DNA of 64,000 nucleotides from Piromyces finnis finn. Lineage: Eukaryota; Fungi; Neocallimastigomycota. The notes below the pieces were generated by a model that did not search any database, had not been told where the DNA came from, and was given only the letters and a program-made list of their open reading frames with translations. Positions within the stretch are counted from its first letter, which is position 1, and every line of letters begins with the position of its first letter. Shown piece after piece: positions 26,140 through 38,623 of the stretch. The stretch is taken from assembly GCA_002104945.1 (NCBI GenBank), contig MCFH01000062.1:245321-309320 (forward strand), written 5' to 3'. Position numbers and translations under genes: made by a program.

Positions 26140-26765
26140 TAACACCTCTTTCTTCAGTAGCTAAATAAAGTTTTTTTACAAAATCTAGTTACAACTTCTT
26201 CATTTATGTTGAATTTTGATGAAGAATCTTTGATTTGATCATTTGAATTAGTAAAAAAACCTTTAATCATGTCTTTTTCATTTTCAGAAAAATCACAAAT
26301 TTCATTTATAATTTCTTCATTCCATAGTGGTTAAACGTAACCTTAAATTCATTTTTAATTTTACCTATTTTCGCCACTTTTAAAACATTTTTCATATTCC
26401 GATGTTAAGTTTATTAAAATAATTCTTTCTTTGTTTATATAAATATACAAAAATCTTTATTATTTTCTAATTTAATTAAACTTTCTCTTGCTTATTTAAA
26501 TTCTATCAGGTGTATCATCATTTCTAAAATATTCATTTATTAGGATCAATAATAAAATAGGTACTAAGAATTTTTAATACTTTTTCTTTAGATATTTTAT
26601 CATTTTCATTATCTACTGTTTTTATTTCCGGAACAATAGGATTGATATACTTTATTATCCCAGGAATTTTTAAAATTCTATTTAAAAAGTGAATCATAAT
26701 ATATAATAATGGATGAAAATTTATTTTAAAATCATTATTTTTTTCAAGGTACTGTCTGTATTTTT
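26140..26765 (-). pseudogene. Decayed Rpn / PD-(D/E)XK nuclease (PDDEXK_2)-like gene, copy 1
   Basis: Minus strand reads IMIHFLNRILKIPGIIKYINPIVPEIKTVDNEND, homologous to the 29.2-29.7 kb copy. Many stops and frameshifts. Confidence 0.55.
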
Positions 26766-26890
26766 TTATATATAAATGTTAATCATTTTTTAGTAAAAAA
26801 AAAAAAAAAAAAAAAAAAAAAGCCTTTGAATAGATAATAATTCCAATTTTATTTTTATCTCATTTGATGAAAATAAGTCTTTTTACTTTT

Positions 26891-26922
<32 letters not shown>

Positions 26923-27394
26923 TATTTAAAGGACTTAAAGTTGTTCACCAATTTTAAAATTAAAAAAGTACATTACAATGCTGTTTAATGTATTGTAATG
27001 TATTAGAAAGTTACATAAATCACTATGTTATTCTGTGTAACATGTCTTTATCCTTTTTTTAAAAAGTATTAATTTTTATAATAATAAAATATAAATATTT
27101 TCAACTTTTACCCTTTACATAATTTCTACCAAAAAAAAAGTAAAGTTTTTTTTTTTATTATTATTATTATTTCTTTCATAGTAAAAAAAGAATTTCAATA
27201 TTTATCTTAACCACTTTCTGGGAAAGTTTTTGGTGATTGGGTGTCTATTTTGTAGCTGAATTTTAAAATTAAATTAAAAATTTTTCAATTTAAATTTTTT
27301 TTTCAATTTTTAAAAAATAAAAAAAAAATTAAAAAATTAAAAAAAAAAAAAAATTACAAAATTTAAAATTAAAAAAAAAAGAAAAAATAATAAA

Positions 27395-28114
27395 ATGAAA
27401 ACAATAAATTTATTTTCAACTTTGATATTTTGTTCATTAACTTGTGCCAATATCATTCATTATCCAGGATTATTATTAAAAAGAAAAGTAAGTTATGATC
27501 ATGAAAGTTGGTTCAATGCTTTAACCGAAGAATGTAAAATAGAATATGAAACAAATGAATATAATAAATGTATTCCTTCAATTAATTTAAAAAATTATAA
27601 AGAATCATGTTCAACCATTAGAACTGAAGAGTGTCATAATTACTATAAAGATCCATTAAAATATCATCCAAAATGTAAAGGTATTCCTGAATTTGATGAA
27701 GTATATCAACCAGATATGATAAAAACAGTGGTTGAAAGTCTTGATATATATTGTCAAACAGATGAAAATGATGAAATATGTCCATTTTCTTTACAAATAA
27801 TGCGTAAAAGTTCTCTTGATTATGTCTTAGATAGTCAATGCAAATCGGAAAAGTGCACTAAATCCTTTTATAATATCTTTAGAAATATGAAAAAGGATCA
27901 GTATGCTTCATATGAAAGCAAAACTTTTACCTCTGGAAGTTATTCTGCTGAAGAAATGGCACATGTAGATTTTATTATATCTTATTTAGAATCCGATGAA
28001 TGTAAATCCTTATATGACAAAAGTAATGTTAAAAGTAATGCCATAATACTCCATAGCAATACTATTTTATTTATTTCATTATCTTTATTATTATCCTTAA
28101 TTTTCTATATTTAA
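27395..28114 (+). CDS. Secreted Cys-rich protein with probable C-terminal GPI-anchor signal, unknown function
   Basis: 239 aa. Hydrophobic N-terminal signal, about 9 Cys in the mature region (CQTDENDEICP, QCKSEKC), small-residue site SN-A followed by a hydrophobic C-terminal tail. Confidence 0.8.
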   Translation: MKTINLFSTLIFCSLTCANIIHYPGLLLKRKVSYDHESWFNALTEECKIEYETNEYNKCIPSINLKNYKESCSTIRTEECHNYYKDPLKYHPKCKGIPEFDEVYQPDMIKTVVESLDIYCQTDENDEICPFSLQIMRKSSLDYVLDSQCKSEKCTKSFYNIFRNMKKDQYASYESKTFTSGSYSAEEMAHVDFIISYLESDECKSLYDKSNVKSNAIILHSNTILFISLSLLLSLIFYI

Positions 28115-28622
28115 TATTGAATAGAATAAAAATGATAATATCGACATTCTTTTATAAGGATAAAAAAAAAAGGTTAATAAATAATTTAATTAGTAATAAA
28201 ATGATTTAAAAAAAAAGTATTTCTATAAATATTATTAATATAAAGTATGAAAATGAAATGATAAATCATTATAAAAACATTGAAATGACATGAAAAAAAA
28301 AAAAAAAAGAAAAAAAAAAAGAAAAGAAAAGATACAATAAAATATATAGTTTTCATTTTAAAAAAAGTATGGAAAAAAAAGGTCTCATAAATTAAATAAA
28401 AATAATTAACCTAACGTAATTTTAACTCAATATAACCATAACAAATATATTCACATAAGAAATATCTTTAAAAAAAAAAAGAGAAATAAAAAAAAAAAAA
28501 AAAGGAACATTTATCAAAAATAAATTAAATTGCAAAATGTATTAAATGTAACATATTAGTCAAAACACTACAAAAAAAAAAAGATTCTGGTAGTGTTTTG
28601 AAAACTACATCAGAATAGTAAT

Positions 28623-28665
<43 letters not shown>

Positions 28666-29174
28666 AGTTATTATTTAGTAAAATATATATATAGTTTTAC
28701 TAAAGGATAGATAATTATAAAATATTATTATTGTAGATACCAAATTATTCTCACTTAATAATAAAAATCGTAATTGATGAAAAGATAAAGAGATGTGTAT
28801 AAAAATATGTGCAGACATTTTACTAAAAAATATAGCCAAGTTGGAATTATCATTATTATTATGATTATTCTTATTTCTTCTATAATTACATCTGTTGGTC
28901 ATTTATTGTAAATACACTATAATTCTTATATCAATAGATATATATTATTATCTTTTTTTAAAAAAACAAAAAACAATTATATCTTATTTTTCTGAAAAAT
29001 AAATAATATATAAAAAACAATAAAATAAACAATGATATTAATATCTTATATATATGTTTTATATCATAAAAAGCATAGATATAAGATAAGAATTAAAAGA
29101 AAAAAAAATAATTAAGATTAATACCTATAACAAAAATAAATTTTATTTCATATAATTTTATTACATATACCCTA

Positions 29175-29748
29175 TTAAATTAAATTAGACATATCAGAGA
29201 AGACACAATCCATCGGTAAAGAGTTGAAAATGATTCCTGAAGCTTGAAATAAATACTTTTTTTTTTTTTTTTTCTTTTTAATAACATTAATTTGAATCAT
29301 AATGTTTAATACTCTATTTTCTGTTTCTGCTTTGAATATAATAATTTCATCATCAATAGCATCACCTTTCATATATTTATTGTGATAAAAAAAAAAATAG
29401 TTGCTTTTAACAATATGAATCCCGTCCAAAAACTTTTTTTTTTTTTTTAGATTTTCTGAAAATTTTAGTACTTTTTCTTTGAATTGTTCATCTTCACTTT
29501 TATTTTCTTTCTTTCTTTCTTTTCAATATTATTTTCATTTTCTACTGTCCTTGTTTCTGTTTTTTTGTTTTCAGAACAACAAGATTGATATAATTTATTC
29601 TTTCTATACAATGAGATAATTTTAAAATTCTATTTAAAAAATGAACCATGATATTTTTTTCATTCCAAATAGATGATTAAAAGTAATATCAATAGATGGA
29701 AAAAAGTTTCACTCTAACATCTTTACTTTTCAAAGAACTACTTTTCAT
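29175..29748 (-). pseudogene. Decayed Rpn / PD-(D/E)XK nuclease (PDDEXK_2)-like gene, copy 2
   Basis: ATG at 29748: MKSSSLKSKDVRVKLF, frameshift, PSIDITFNHLFGMKKNIMVHFLNRILKL...INYIN (matches the P..D..F..LFG....FLN.IL pattern). Later IIIFKAETENRVLNIMIQ...YLFQASGIIFNSLP (degenerate NIE.Q and R.LYY motifs). Confidence 0.6.
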
Positions 29749-30451
29749 ATTTTTTTTAATATCATTTTTATTTAAAAATATTAAAAAGGAAATAAATAAA
29801 ATTAAAAAAGTTTTTATTTTTTTTTGATATCTTTACAGAATAGAAAATTGGGCGTTTTTAAAAGTGATTGTTAATTATAAAATCATCAAAACTTAACTTT
29901 GGTTTAAAAAAAAAAAAAATAGCTTTATTTCATAAAAGTATAAAATATAGACAGGCACTTTTATTATTTTAAAGTATGAAAATCTACTTTAAAATTATAT
30001 TTTTTTTTTTCTTTCAAGATACTATTGTATTTTTTTTATTATTATTATTATTATTTCAAGTGATTTTAAATGTTTTATATATATATATATATATATTTAT
30101 AATAATAGATAGGTATATTCTTTCTACCTCTTTTTAACCAAAAAAATGAAATATCTTTTTTTAAAAAAAAAAAATATAAAATATATTATATATACATACT
30201 CTTATTTTTTTCTTTTCACATTATATATAGACAATATAGATAAGGATGATAAAAATTATTCATTGGTAATGATAAAATTATAAAATGAAATATTATTACC
30301 ACACCACTTTAAGAATACAAATTTAAATCATTACATTATGTATACAGTTTATCTAATGTATATATTATATATTCTGGCTATTTTTTTATAGTAAATAAAA
30401 ACAAAGAAATGGTTGAATTAAAAAAAAATATTAAATTGGTTGAATTAAAAA

Positions 30452-30483
<32 letters not shown>

Positions 30484-31376
30484 GGTTTAAACGAATTAAA
30501 AATAATAATAATAATAAAAGGTTTAAACGAAAAGGGGTCTATAGTTTAAATATAGATGATTATCATTCAAGTTACATTAATTTTAGTAATGAAATTAATC
30601 AGAAAAGAAAAAAAAAATAATTTCAATAATCATTTATTTTGACATTAAACAATAATCCTTTTTAATCTATTAATTAAAAATCTTTATTATCAAATGTTCA
30701 TACAATTCAATTTCTTTTTTTCTCAAAATGAAAATAAAATAATAATGGATGGAATGAAGTCAAGACTAAAGATAAATAACTTTTGAAATTTATATTATAA
30801 GGACTTTTTGACTTTTTATAATAAAATCTATACCTACCCTTATTATAAAATATATTTATATTTTTTTATTTTATTTTTAATGGCATATACTAATTTATAA
30901 TAAAATTAACTCTTATAACTAAATAATTGCAAGTTTTATAATTTTATTATATTATCGCTACCTACATTCCTTGTCCACTTCTTATTAAAAATTATACCTA
31001 ATAATTTGAAATTTTACCTCCCACACATTTAGCATTACTTTAAAAGAAAGAAAATTTACTTTTTTTTTTTCTTTTTTCATTTTTTTTTATTTTTTTTTTT
31101 ATTTATTTTTTGTTTGTTTGTTTTTAAAGAATAATATTTATTCTTTATGATTTTTTTTATATTTTTTTACAATGTTAATTTATACATAAAGGTAAAATAA
31201 TATACAAAAAGATGAAACACTTATTTTTATTATGAAATAAATAAAAAAAATTTTTTTATAGTTTCCTTTTTTAAAGGATGAAATTATTTTTTTTTTTATT
31301 TGATTTATCAAGTTAAAAAAAAACAGTGATCAACTATTATGGGAAATTCTATTAATGAATAATAAAATTATTAAAT

Positions 31377-32540
31377 TTAGAGTGTGAATTGCTTTAAGAA
31401 ATCCCATCCCATCTTACCATCACCTTCACTGTGACCACCACCGTTAATGGTGCAAAGACCGACCTTAACACCACCGTTACAGTTTTCGTACATTTCACAG
31501 TTGTTTCCTGGAGTATTGCTCTTTGGAGAACCGGTACAACCGTTCATTTTAGCCCATTCCTTAAGGTTGTTCTTAGCACCCATGAAAGTAATTGGCTTAC
31601 CTGGAACAACTTGAGAAAGACCACCATTGTACATAACAACGTTATCAGAAGTACCACGGAAGTTAAGGATTGGGAATGGACGAGATGGCTTACACTTACC
31701 AGAGTCAACAATTTCCTTGGCAAGATCGAAAGCAGATGGAGCAGCAGCAGCAATAACATCAGAGAGGTAACAACCAGCATAGTTAGACATACCACCACCC
31801 ATGGAGAAACCAGCAGCGTAGATACGCTTTGGATCAACACAAGCCTTTTGGGTAATTTCCTTAATGAAGTTACGAGTGTAGGTAACATCATCAGCATCAG
31901 TACAACATGGACCGACGTTCCAAGCTTGACCCATTGGACCTTGAGCACCATCCATGAAAGCAACAATGGCACCATCGTTAAGGGCAGCCTTGGCAGTTTG
32001 AGAACCACCTTCCCATTGGGAGGCACTACCCATAATTGGGTGGTAATTGATAAGAAGTGGGACGGCCTTATCACCCTTGTAGCCGTTTGGGAATTTAACA
32101 ATAACCTTACGACCGTTAATAGTAAGGTTAGTGTTGCTCTTAAGGGTCTTACCTGAGCAATCAACAACATTTTGAGTTTGTTGTGGTTTTTGAGTGGTGG
32201 TGGTGGTCTTCTTAATAGTAGTAGTGGTCTTTGAAACTTGTTGACCGTTGTTAGTTAAACCACACCAGTCGTTGTTTTCAACACCCCAGTTACCATCATT
32301 ATCGGTGAAAACAACTTGAGTAGTTGAAGTACAACATGGGTAACCTAAAGCGTTAGCCCAGCAACTGTTTAATCCACACCAGTCGTTGTTTTCAACACCC
32401 CAGTTACCATCATTATCAGTGTAAACAACTTGAGTAGTTGAAGTACAGCATGGGTAACCTAACTTTGTAGAGAAACAATCAGCTAAAACCTTACCAGTTA
32501 AAGCACTAGCAACTAAAGATAATAAAGCGTAGGATCTCAT
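31377..32540 (-). CDS. Secreted cellulosomal esterase: signal peptide, two fungal dockerins, Thr-rich linker, CE1 / PHB-depolymerase(LpqC)-like esterase domain
   Basis: Two C...LGYPCC...[10 protein letters not shown] dockerins (114-nt tandem period); PLLINYH; WNVGPCC; [14 protein letters not shown] nucleophile motif; GTSDNVV; GGGH. Confidence 0.92.
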   Translation of the reverse strand: MRSYALLSLVASALTGKVLADCFSTKLGYPCCTSTTQVVYTDNDGNWGVENNDWCGLNSCWANALGYPCCTSTTQVVFTDNDGNWGVENNDWCGLTNNGQQVSKTTTTIKKTTTTTQKPQQTQNVVDCSGKTLKSNTNLTINGRKVIVKFPNGYKGDKAVPLLINYHPIMGSASQWEGGSQTAKAALNDGAIVAFMDGAQGPMGQAWNVGPCCTDADDVTYTRNFIKEITQKACVDPKRIYAAGFSMGGGMSNYAGCYLSDVIAAAAPSAFDLAKEIVDSGKCKPSRPFPILNFRGTSDNVVMYNGGLSQVVPGKPITFMGAKNNLKEWAKMNGCTGSPKSNTPGNNCEMYENCNGGVKVGLCTINGGGHSEGDGKMGWDFLKQFTL

Positions 32541-35500
32541 TTTTTTATTTAATTAATATTAAATACAATTTAATATTTTATATAAAGTTGTTTTATTATT
32601 TTTATTTAGATTTGAAATAGTATCAAACTATTTTTTTTTTATTAATTTTATTATTCAATTTTTTTTAATATGTCCCTAATATTAAAAAAGAAAAAAATAA
32701 TTTAGAGGATAAAAGTTGAAACGTTTTTCAAGTCTTTTATACTTTTTTATTTTTAGAAACAATAATAAATAATACATTTATTATTTTATATTGTTTATTA
32801 TATATTACATTTATTATATTTTATTATAATATATAATGAATTATATTATAATTATACTATTTAATTTAATCCCACAAAATTATATTCTATATTAATTTTA
32901 TTAATTATAAAATAGACAATAAACTTTATTGAATATTATTTTAAATAAACTATATATTTTTAATTTATTATTATATTAAAAGAAAAGAATATATCTTTGT
33001 TTCACTTTGATATCTTTTGTTATAAAAAAAAATGAGACACAAAGTAGTAAGTAATAAAATTAATATAAAATTAATAATATATTATTATTATCATCCTTTT
33101 TTTCATTTCCTATTATTCTTTTAATTAAAAAAGTAAAAAATGAGGCTTTATTTAAAATAAATTAAATTAATATTAATGTAGGTTTGTTTTGTATCTTTGT
33201 ACAATTACAAAAAACATTACATCATTATATTATATCAAAATTTTTAATTTAAAATTTAATATTATTTATATTAACCAATATAATTTTAATATATGGTTAT
33301 ATTAAAAGAAAAAACATATTTTTGTTTCATTACAATATTTCTTAATTATTTCTTGTGTAATAATAATGAGACACAAAATAAATAGACTAAATTAATATAC
33401 CATTAATAAATCTTTATTATTATTATTATTATTATCATTATTATTAAAATTAAATTCATTTTTATGTATTTTATTTTGTATCCTTGTACAAATTACATCA
33501 TTTAATTTTTTTTATGATTCAACATTCTTTTATAAAAATTGAGAAAAAATAAACCTTAATTAATAATAAAAATTATCTTTACAAAATTAATATGTATTCT
33601 AAAATGGAAAGATGGTTTATTCTTTTGTTTCTATTTATTCAACACTTATTTATGAAATGTATCTATGGTTAAAATGAATAATTAATAAATAAATAAATAT
33701 ACTTTTAAAAAATACTTTATCTATTGATAATATTCATTCATAAGGTATTTAGATTTATTTGTATATCAATAAAAATAAAAAGTTTTTATTTTTAAAGATT
33801 CTTAACTATTTTAAAAATTTATTTAATTAGGCCATTAATTATAATAACAAATACTCTATTATTTTTATTAAATATTCAATAAAATAATACATAAAATGAA
33901 TCTTAATCCCCATCCTTTCCTTTCATTATTATTAAAAGAAAAAAAAAAAAAGACGTTTTACCAATTTGGGTAAAAATTAAACACAAAATTAAATTAGCTT
34001 TAATAGAAATAGATGGTGAATGTACAATTAATGAACCATTTTCCATTTAGAAATTAATTTAAGTCTTTGGAATTGAATCATTAAAATGGAAAGTGATTTC
34101 AATATATATGAATCATCCTCTTATTAATTAATAAATTATTTGTTTTTTCTATTTTACTCATAAAAAAAAAAGTTTAAACTTTTTATAATTTAATTTATTG
34201 TATAAGAACAATTAAAAAGAGTTTATTGTCTTTTTTCTTCATTTTCTTTTTTCTATAATAAACGCATACATTTTTACTATTCTTTTAACAATAAAACAAT
34301 AGGATGAAGCATATTTCATAATAGGATTATAGAATTGATAATAAAGACATTTGTTTTAATTGATTGACTTTTAATTTTATATACATATGATTTCTTAAAA
34401 AAAAAAAATATTTATGATAATAATAATAATAATTTTTTAATGGTCAACTTTTATGAGTTTTAAAAAATAGACATTGTTATTATTAGTATTATTATTAATT
34501 AATTATTATTTGAATTAAATAAAATCATTTATACTTTATATAGTAAATTGATCGGCAAATAATAAAAAAGATTCATAAATTAAATTTAATTCAGTCAATC
34601 ATTAAAAAGAAATTAAAAAATTATAATTAAAATTTTATTAAAAATGTAAACCGTAAAAAAATTGACAATTTAAAAAATTGATAATTAAAGATTTGACCGT
34701 TAAAAAAGTTAAAACTAGGGTTACACGATAATTTTGAAACAATATAAAAAAGTTGATCCAATTTTATTCATTTAATGGTTTTTTTTATTTTATCTCATAA
34801 ACTTTATTTTAAATGATTCACCAATAAAAATAAATTAAATAAATGAATCATTATAAATATAAATAATTTATAAGATAAAATTTACTAAATATTAAATGAA
34901 TGAATCATTATAAATATAAATAAATTATATAGATTATATCGTCTAAAAAAGAATTATTTAATATATTTTTAATTAAAAATTAAATTTATTAAAAAATAAT
35001 AATTAATTAAAAGTTTAATCTATTTTAGTGATATAAAAAAATTATTATTAAATTTCTACTATCCTTTTTTCTTATATTTAATTTCTCATAGTTATTATGC
35101 TTTTTTTTTAAACTAGGAAAATGTTTACTTTTTTTTTTTCTTTTATGGTTAAATAATTTATTATTGATTTTAATGAAACATTTGTTAATAAAAAATTTTA
35201 TATATACCATTTTTTTTAAATTCATAAAGAATGAATAAAATTCATATTAAGTTAGCAAGAAAAGAATCAAGAATTTATTAAAGAAATGGGATTACTATTG
35301 TTTCATTTATTCTTATTCTATGTTAAAATGGTTATGAAATTAAAATTTGTGGAATAATGATTTTTATAATTTTTCTTATATACATTAATATATATTAATA
35401 ATTTATTATTTAAATTAAAAAATATATTCTTTTTTGTTTATTATTTCTAATGCATTTAATTTATGACAATTAATTAAAAAAAAGACATTGAATAAATGAA

Positions 35501-36848
35501 ATATTAATTTATTAACACAGTTTGTATACATTGTTTATATGTATACATTGATATTAAATGGCAAAAATAAATACATTAGTATTAAATTATATATTGTAAT
35601 GTAGTAATACTAATGTAATATAAAATGGAATATAAATTTTATAGATGATAAAAGTGTGTTTAATTATTAGAATAAATAAAGCAACATAGAATCTATAATA
35701 ATTAAAAAAATGTTATGTATTATTCATTAAATAAATTGAATATTTATTGAAATCTTTTATATTCTTACTATATTTCAAGTGGCATAATTAACTATTTTCA
35801 ATTTTAATCTATTATGTAAAAAAAAAACTAAAAATTTTGAAACTTTAGTAGATGAATAACAATTTTTGATATATTTAATATAAGATTATAATATTATATA
35901 TATTATATCAGTTATTAACTTTAAAATGTTTATTTCATTGCACTCATTAGTCAATCTTTAAAATAGTTATGTATATTAATAAATAATTAGTATGCTTATT
36001 TTAGAACCATTATAAAAGCGTAAATCTTTATATAAATTTCATTATAATTGACAAGTTTATGACAGAGTGTTTTATTCATCTATAAGTTTTTAATCTTTAT
36101 TTCTAATTTTTTGTTTATTTAATCTAACCCATTATTAATTTATAAAGAAATATATATTTTTTTATATTTATATAAGAATAAAAGATGATACACTTTAATT
36201 ATTATACATTGAACTATTTCAAATACTTGGTACTTTAATCGTTTAGATAAATTATTTTTTAAAATGAATAATTATATCATTTTATTATTTATTTAAAATA
36301 AAAACTATTCATCGAACTTTTTTGAAATATCTTAAACGTAATCCTTCATCCCTTTCCTATTACCTCTCCTGTAATATATTTTTTTTAAAGTATTTTTTAA
36401 ATATATTTAATTTAATACAATATAATGTACATAATCATAAAAATTCATACAATTTATGTATTAAAAAAATTTTAATTTTTTTGTTAAAACCCATTTTTTT
36501 TAATATAAAAAGAAAATGTTAAAAATAAAAAGAATAAATATTAAATATAAAGAGATTATAAAATTTAGTAAATGTTTATGGATTGTTGAAAAATAAATAG
36601 AATGAGATGTATTGATAAAATACAAATTTTTTTAAAAAAGTAATTAAAATATAATAAATCATAAATGTGCTAGAAAAAAATTGCTGATGATTAAATAAAC
36701 ATTAGTTTTATATCAATAAATAAATAAAAGTTTCAACTTTTATTTTTTTGGTCAAGTAATTTCATATAATCTTATCCTTTTGATTTTATATAAGGAAATT
36801 TTATTTTATTTTATTTTATTTTTTAAAAAATAGAAAAAGTTAAGCAAA

Positions 36849-37421
36849 ATGGGAAAAGCAAAGGAAAAAGAAAATGAAGATAAAATTTTATTAGATTAAT
36901 TAATTTTTAAATTTAATAAAAGTTTAATTCAGAAATAATATTTGTTATTAAAAAGTTCCCTAAAATACCTTAAGGAAACTTAGGATATAAAAATTTTAAT
37001 AACATAATGCTTAGAATTCTGAGTTGCTATCTTTATATAAAAGAAAGGGAAAAAAAAAAAAAAAATTAAGAAAAGAATTATAATTAATTTTTTTATTAAT
37101 TTTTGGATGAAAATGAATATTTCTTAAAAATCAGGTATTTTGCTTTATTTTTAGAAGATATTGTAATATAGAAAACTTAAATAATCTAAATGTATAAAAC
37201 AGTTTTGTATTAGAATTATTAGAAAAAATAGAAATTTTGAAAGATGTGATATATTTAAACCTAGAATGCAATTTTTTTTTTTTTTTAGAAATAGCAAAAG
37301 AAATGGGAAATTTACTCAATTTAACTACTTTAAATTTAGGTCATAATTTTATTTCGCAAATCTCAAAGAATATGGGAAACCTACACGATTTAATCAGTTT
37401 GAATATTGAAGAAAATTATAT
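36849..37421 (+). pseudogene. Heavily decayed copy of the intronless LRR gene family
   Basis: atgggaaaagcaaaggaaaaagaaaatgaagataaaattttattagatta matches the start of ORF 45627. Two LRRs survive at about 37290-37420 (KEMGNLLNLTTLNLGHNFISQISKNMGNLHDL). Confidence 0.75.
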
Positions 37422-37917
37422 ATGCGAATGCAGAAATAAATAGTGAAACCTTTATTAAAAAATTTTTCTATTTAATAAAGTTATAGCGTAGGAAGAATGT
37501 AATAATTGTTTATTAATTCTTATAAGACTTATAAAGAAAAAGAATCATTTTTAAATAAATAAAAGATGTAATAAAAAAGTTATTAATTATGATAGATTTT
37601 TAAAAGTAATTATTAATAAAATTATTTAATCATTTATATTTGTTATTATTATTATTATTATATATAATACTTATTTTATAATTTTTTTTTTAAAGATAAT
37701 TATAATATTAATTATGGAATAAACAGAAAAAATATAATAATTAATTAATAAATTACATGCTTATTCAACAATGCATGTTAATTATTAAATAAATATAGTC
37801 TTTTCTTCTTTTCTTAATTTTTCAATAAATATTTAAAAAATAAGAATTTATTATGAAAATTTGATTATATATACACAATAAAATTGTTTATTTAAATTGT
37901 AAATAAATAAATTACCG
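37422..37917 (+). repeat. About 500-bp direct repeat R, copy 1
   Basis: Near-identical to 47076-47576, from atgcgaatgcaga to aaattaccg. Confidence 0.93.
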
Positions 37918-38008
37918 CTTTTAAAAATAAATATTTATAATTAATTTGTCGTATATTAAAAATATGTATAAACGAAACCTTTAATAATAATAATAAAAAG
38001 ATATTTTT

Positions 38009-38623
38009 TTACCAATGAATAATGAAACCAAATTTACATCCTAATTCATTAGCTTTACAAAAACATTTTGATACTTTAAATTCGTCATAATTATATATTG
38101 GATGAGGAATTTCTATTACTGAAGATTTAATTTCATTTATCGATTTTCGAACAGATATCGCTTTGGATCCAAATAACATAAAAATAACAGGATGATCATT
38201 GGAAATATATTCTACAAGATTATTAATAAACGGTTCCCATAGTAAATAATGATCATATGAAAAATTATTACTAGTTTGGGTGAAGCAAAAATTACATAAA
38301 AATATTCCATTATTTAACCATTTATCTAGATGATGATTTAATGGTCGTTTAAAAGATTTAACTGTACTTTCTAAATTGGCATAAATACGTTCTAAAAGTA
38401 CAGGAGGTTCATTATTTTTAGTTCCAAATGCAATATCACAAATGTCATATTGTTTTTCGTATGGTTTATCCCCAACCATAACAACTTTAATATCTTCTAA
38501 TTTAATATATTTGAAAACTCCAAATACATTCTCTATTGATGGATAATAATAAGTATTTTTTAATTGATTATAAATATGTGTTACTAATTTTGAATTTTTA
38601 ATAAAGAAATCATCCCAAGTCAT
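38009..38623 (-). CDS. Divergent family-1 uracil-DNA glycosylase-like protein, probably giant-virus derived
   Basis: 204 aa, intronless. YYPSIENVF, DIKVVMVGDKPY (cf. KVVILGQDPY), DIAF, WLNNGIFLCN, WEPF, VIFMLFG.KA, PHP, CFCKAN, terminal IHW. Confidence 0.85.
   Translation of the reverse strand: MTWDDFFIKNSKLVTHIYNQLKNTYYYPSIENVFGVFKYIKLEDIKVVMVGDKPYEKQYDICDIAFGTKNNEPPVLLERIYANLESTVKSFKRPLNHHLDKWLNNGIFLCNFCFTQTSNNFSYDHYLLWEPFINNLVEYISNDHPVIFMLFGSKAISVRKSINEIKSSVIEIPHPIYNYDEFKVSKCFCKANELGCKFGFIIHW

Noticed and set aside
31431-32170. 241-aa antisense ORF and 208-aa alternative-frame ORF over the esterase
   Set aside because: Shadows of strong codon bias in a well-supported gene; no recognisable motifs.
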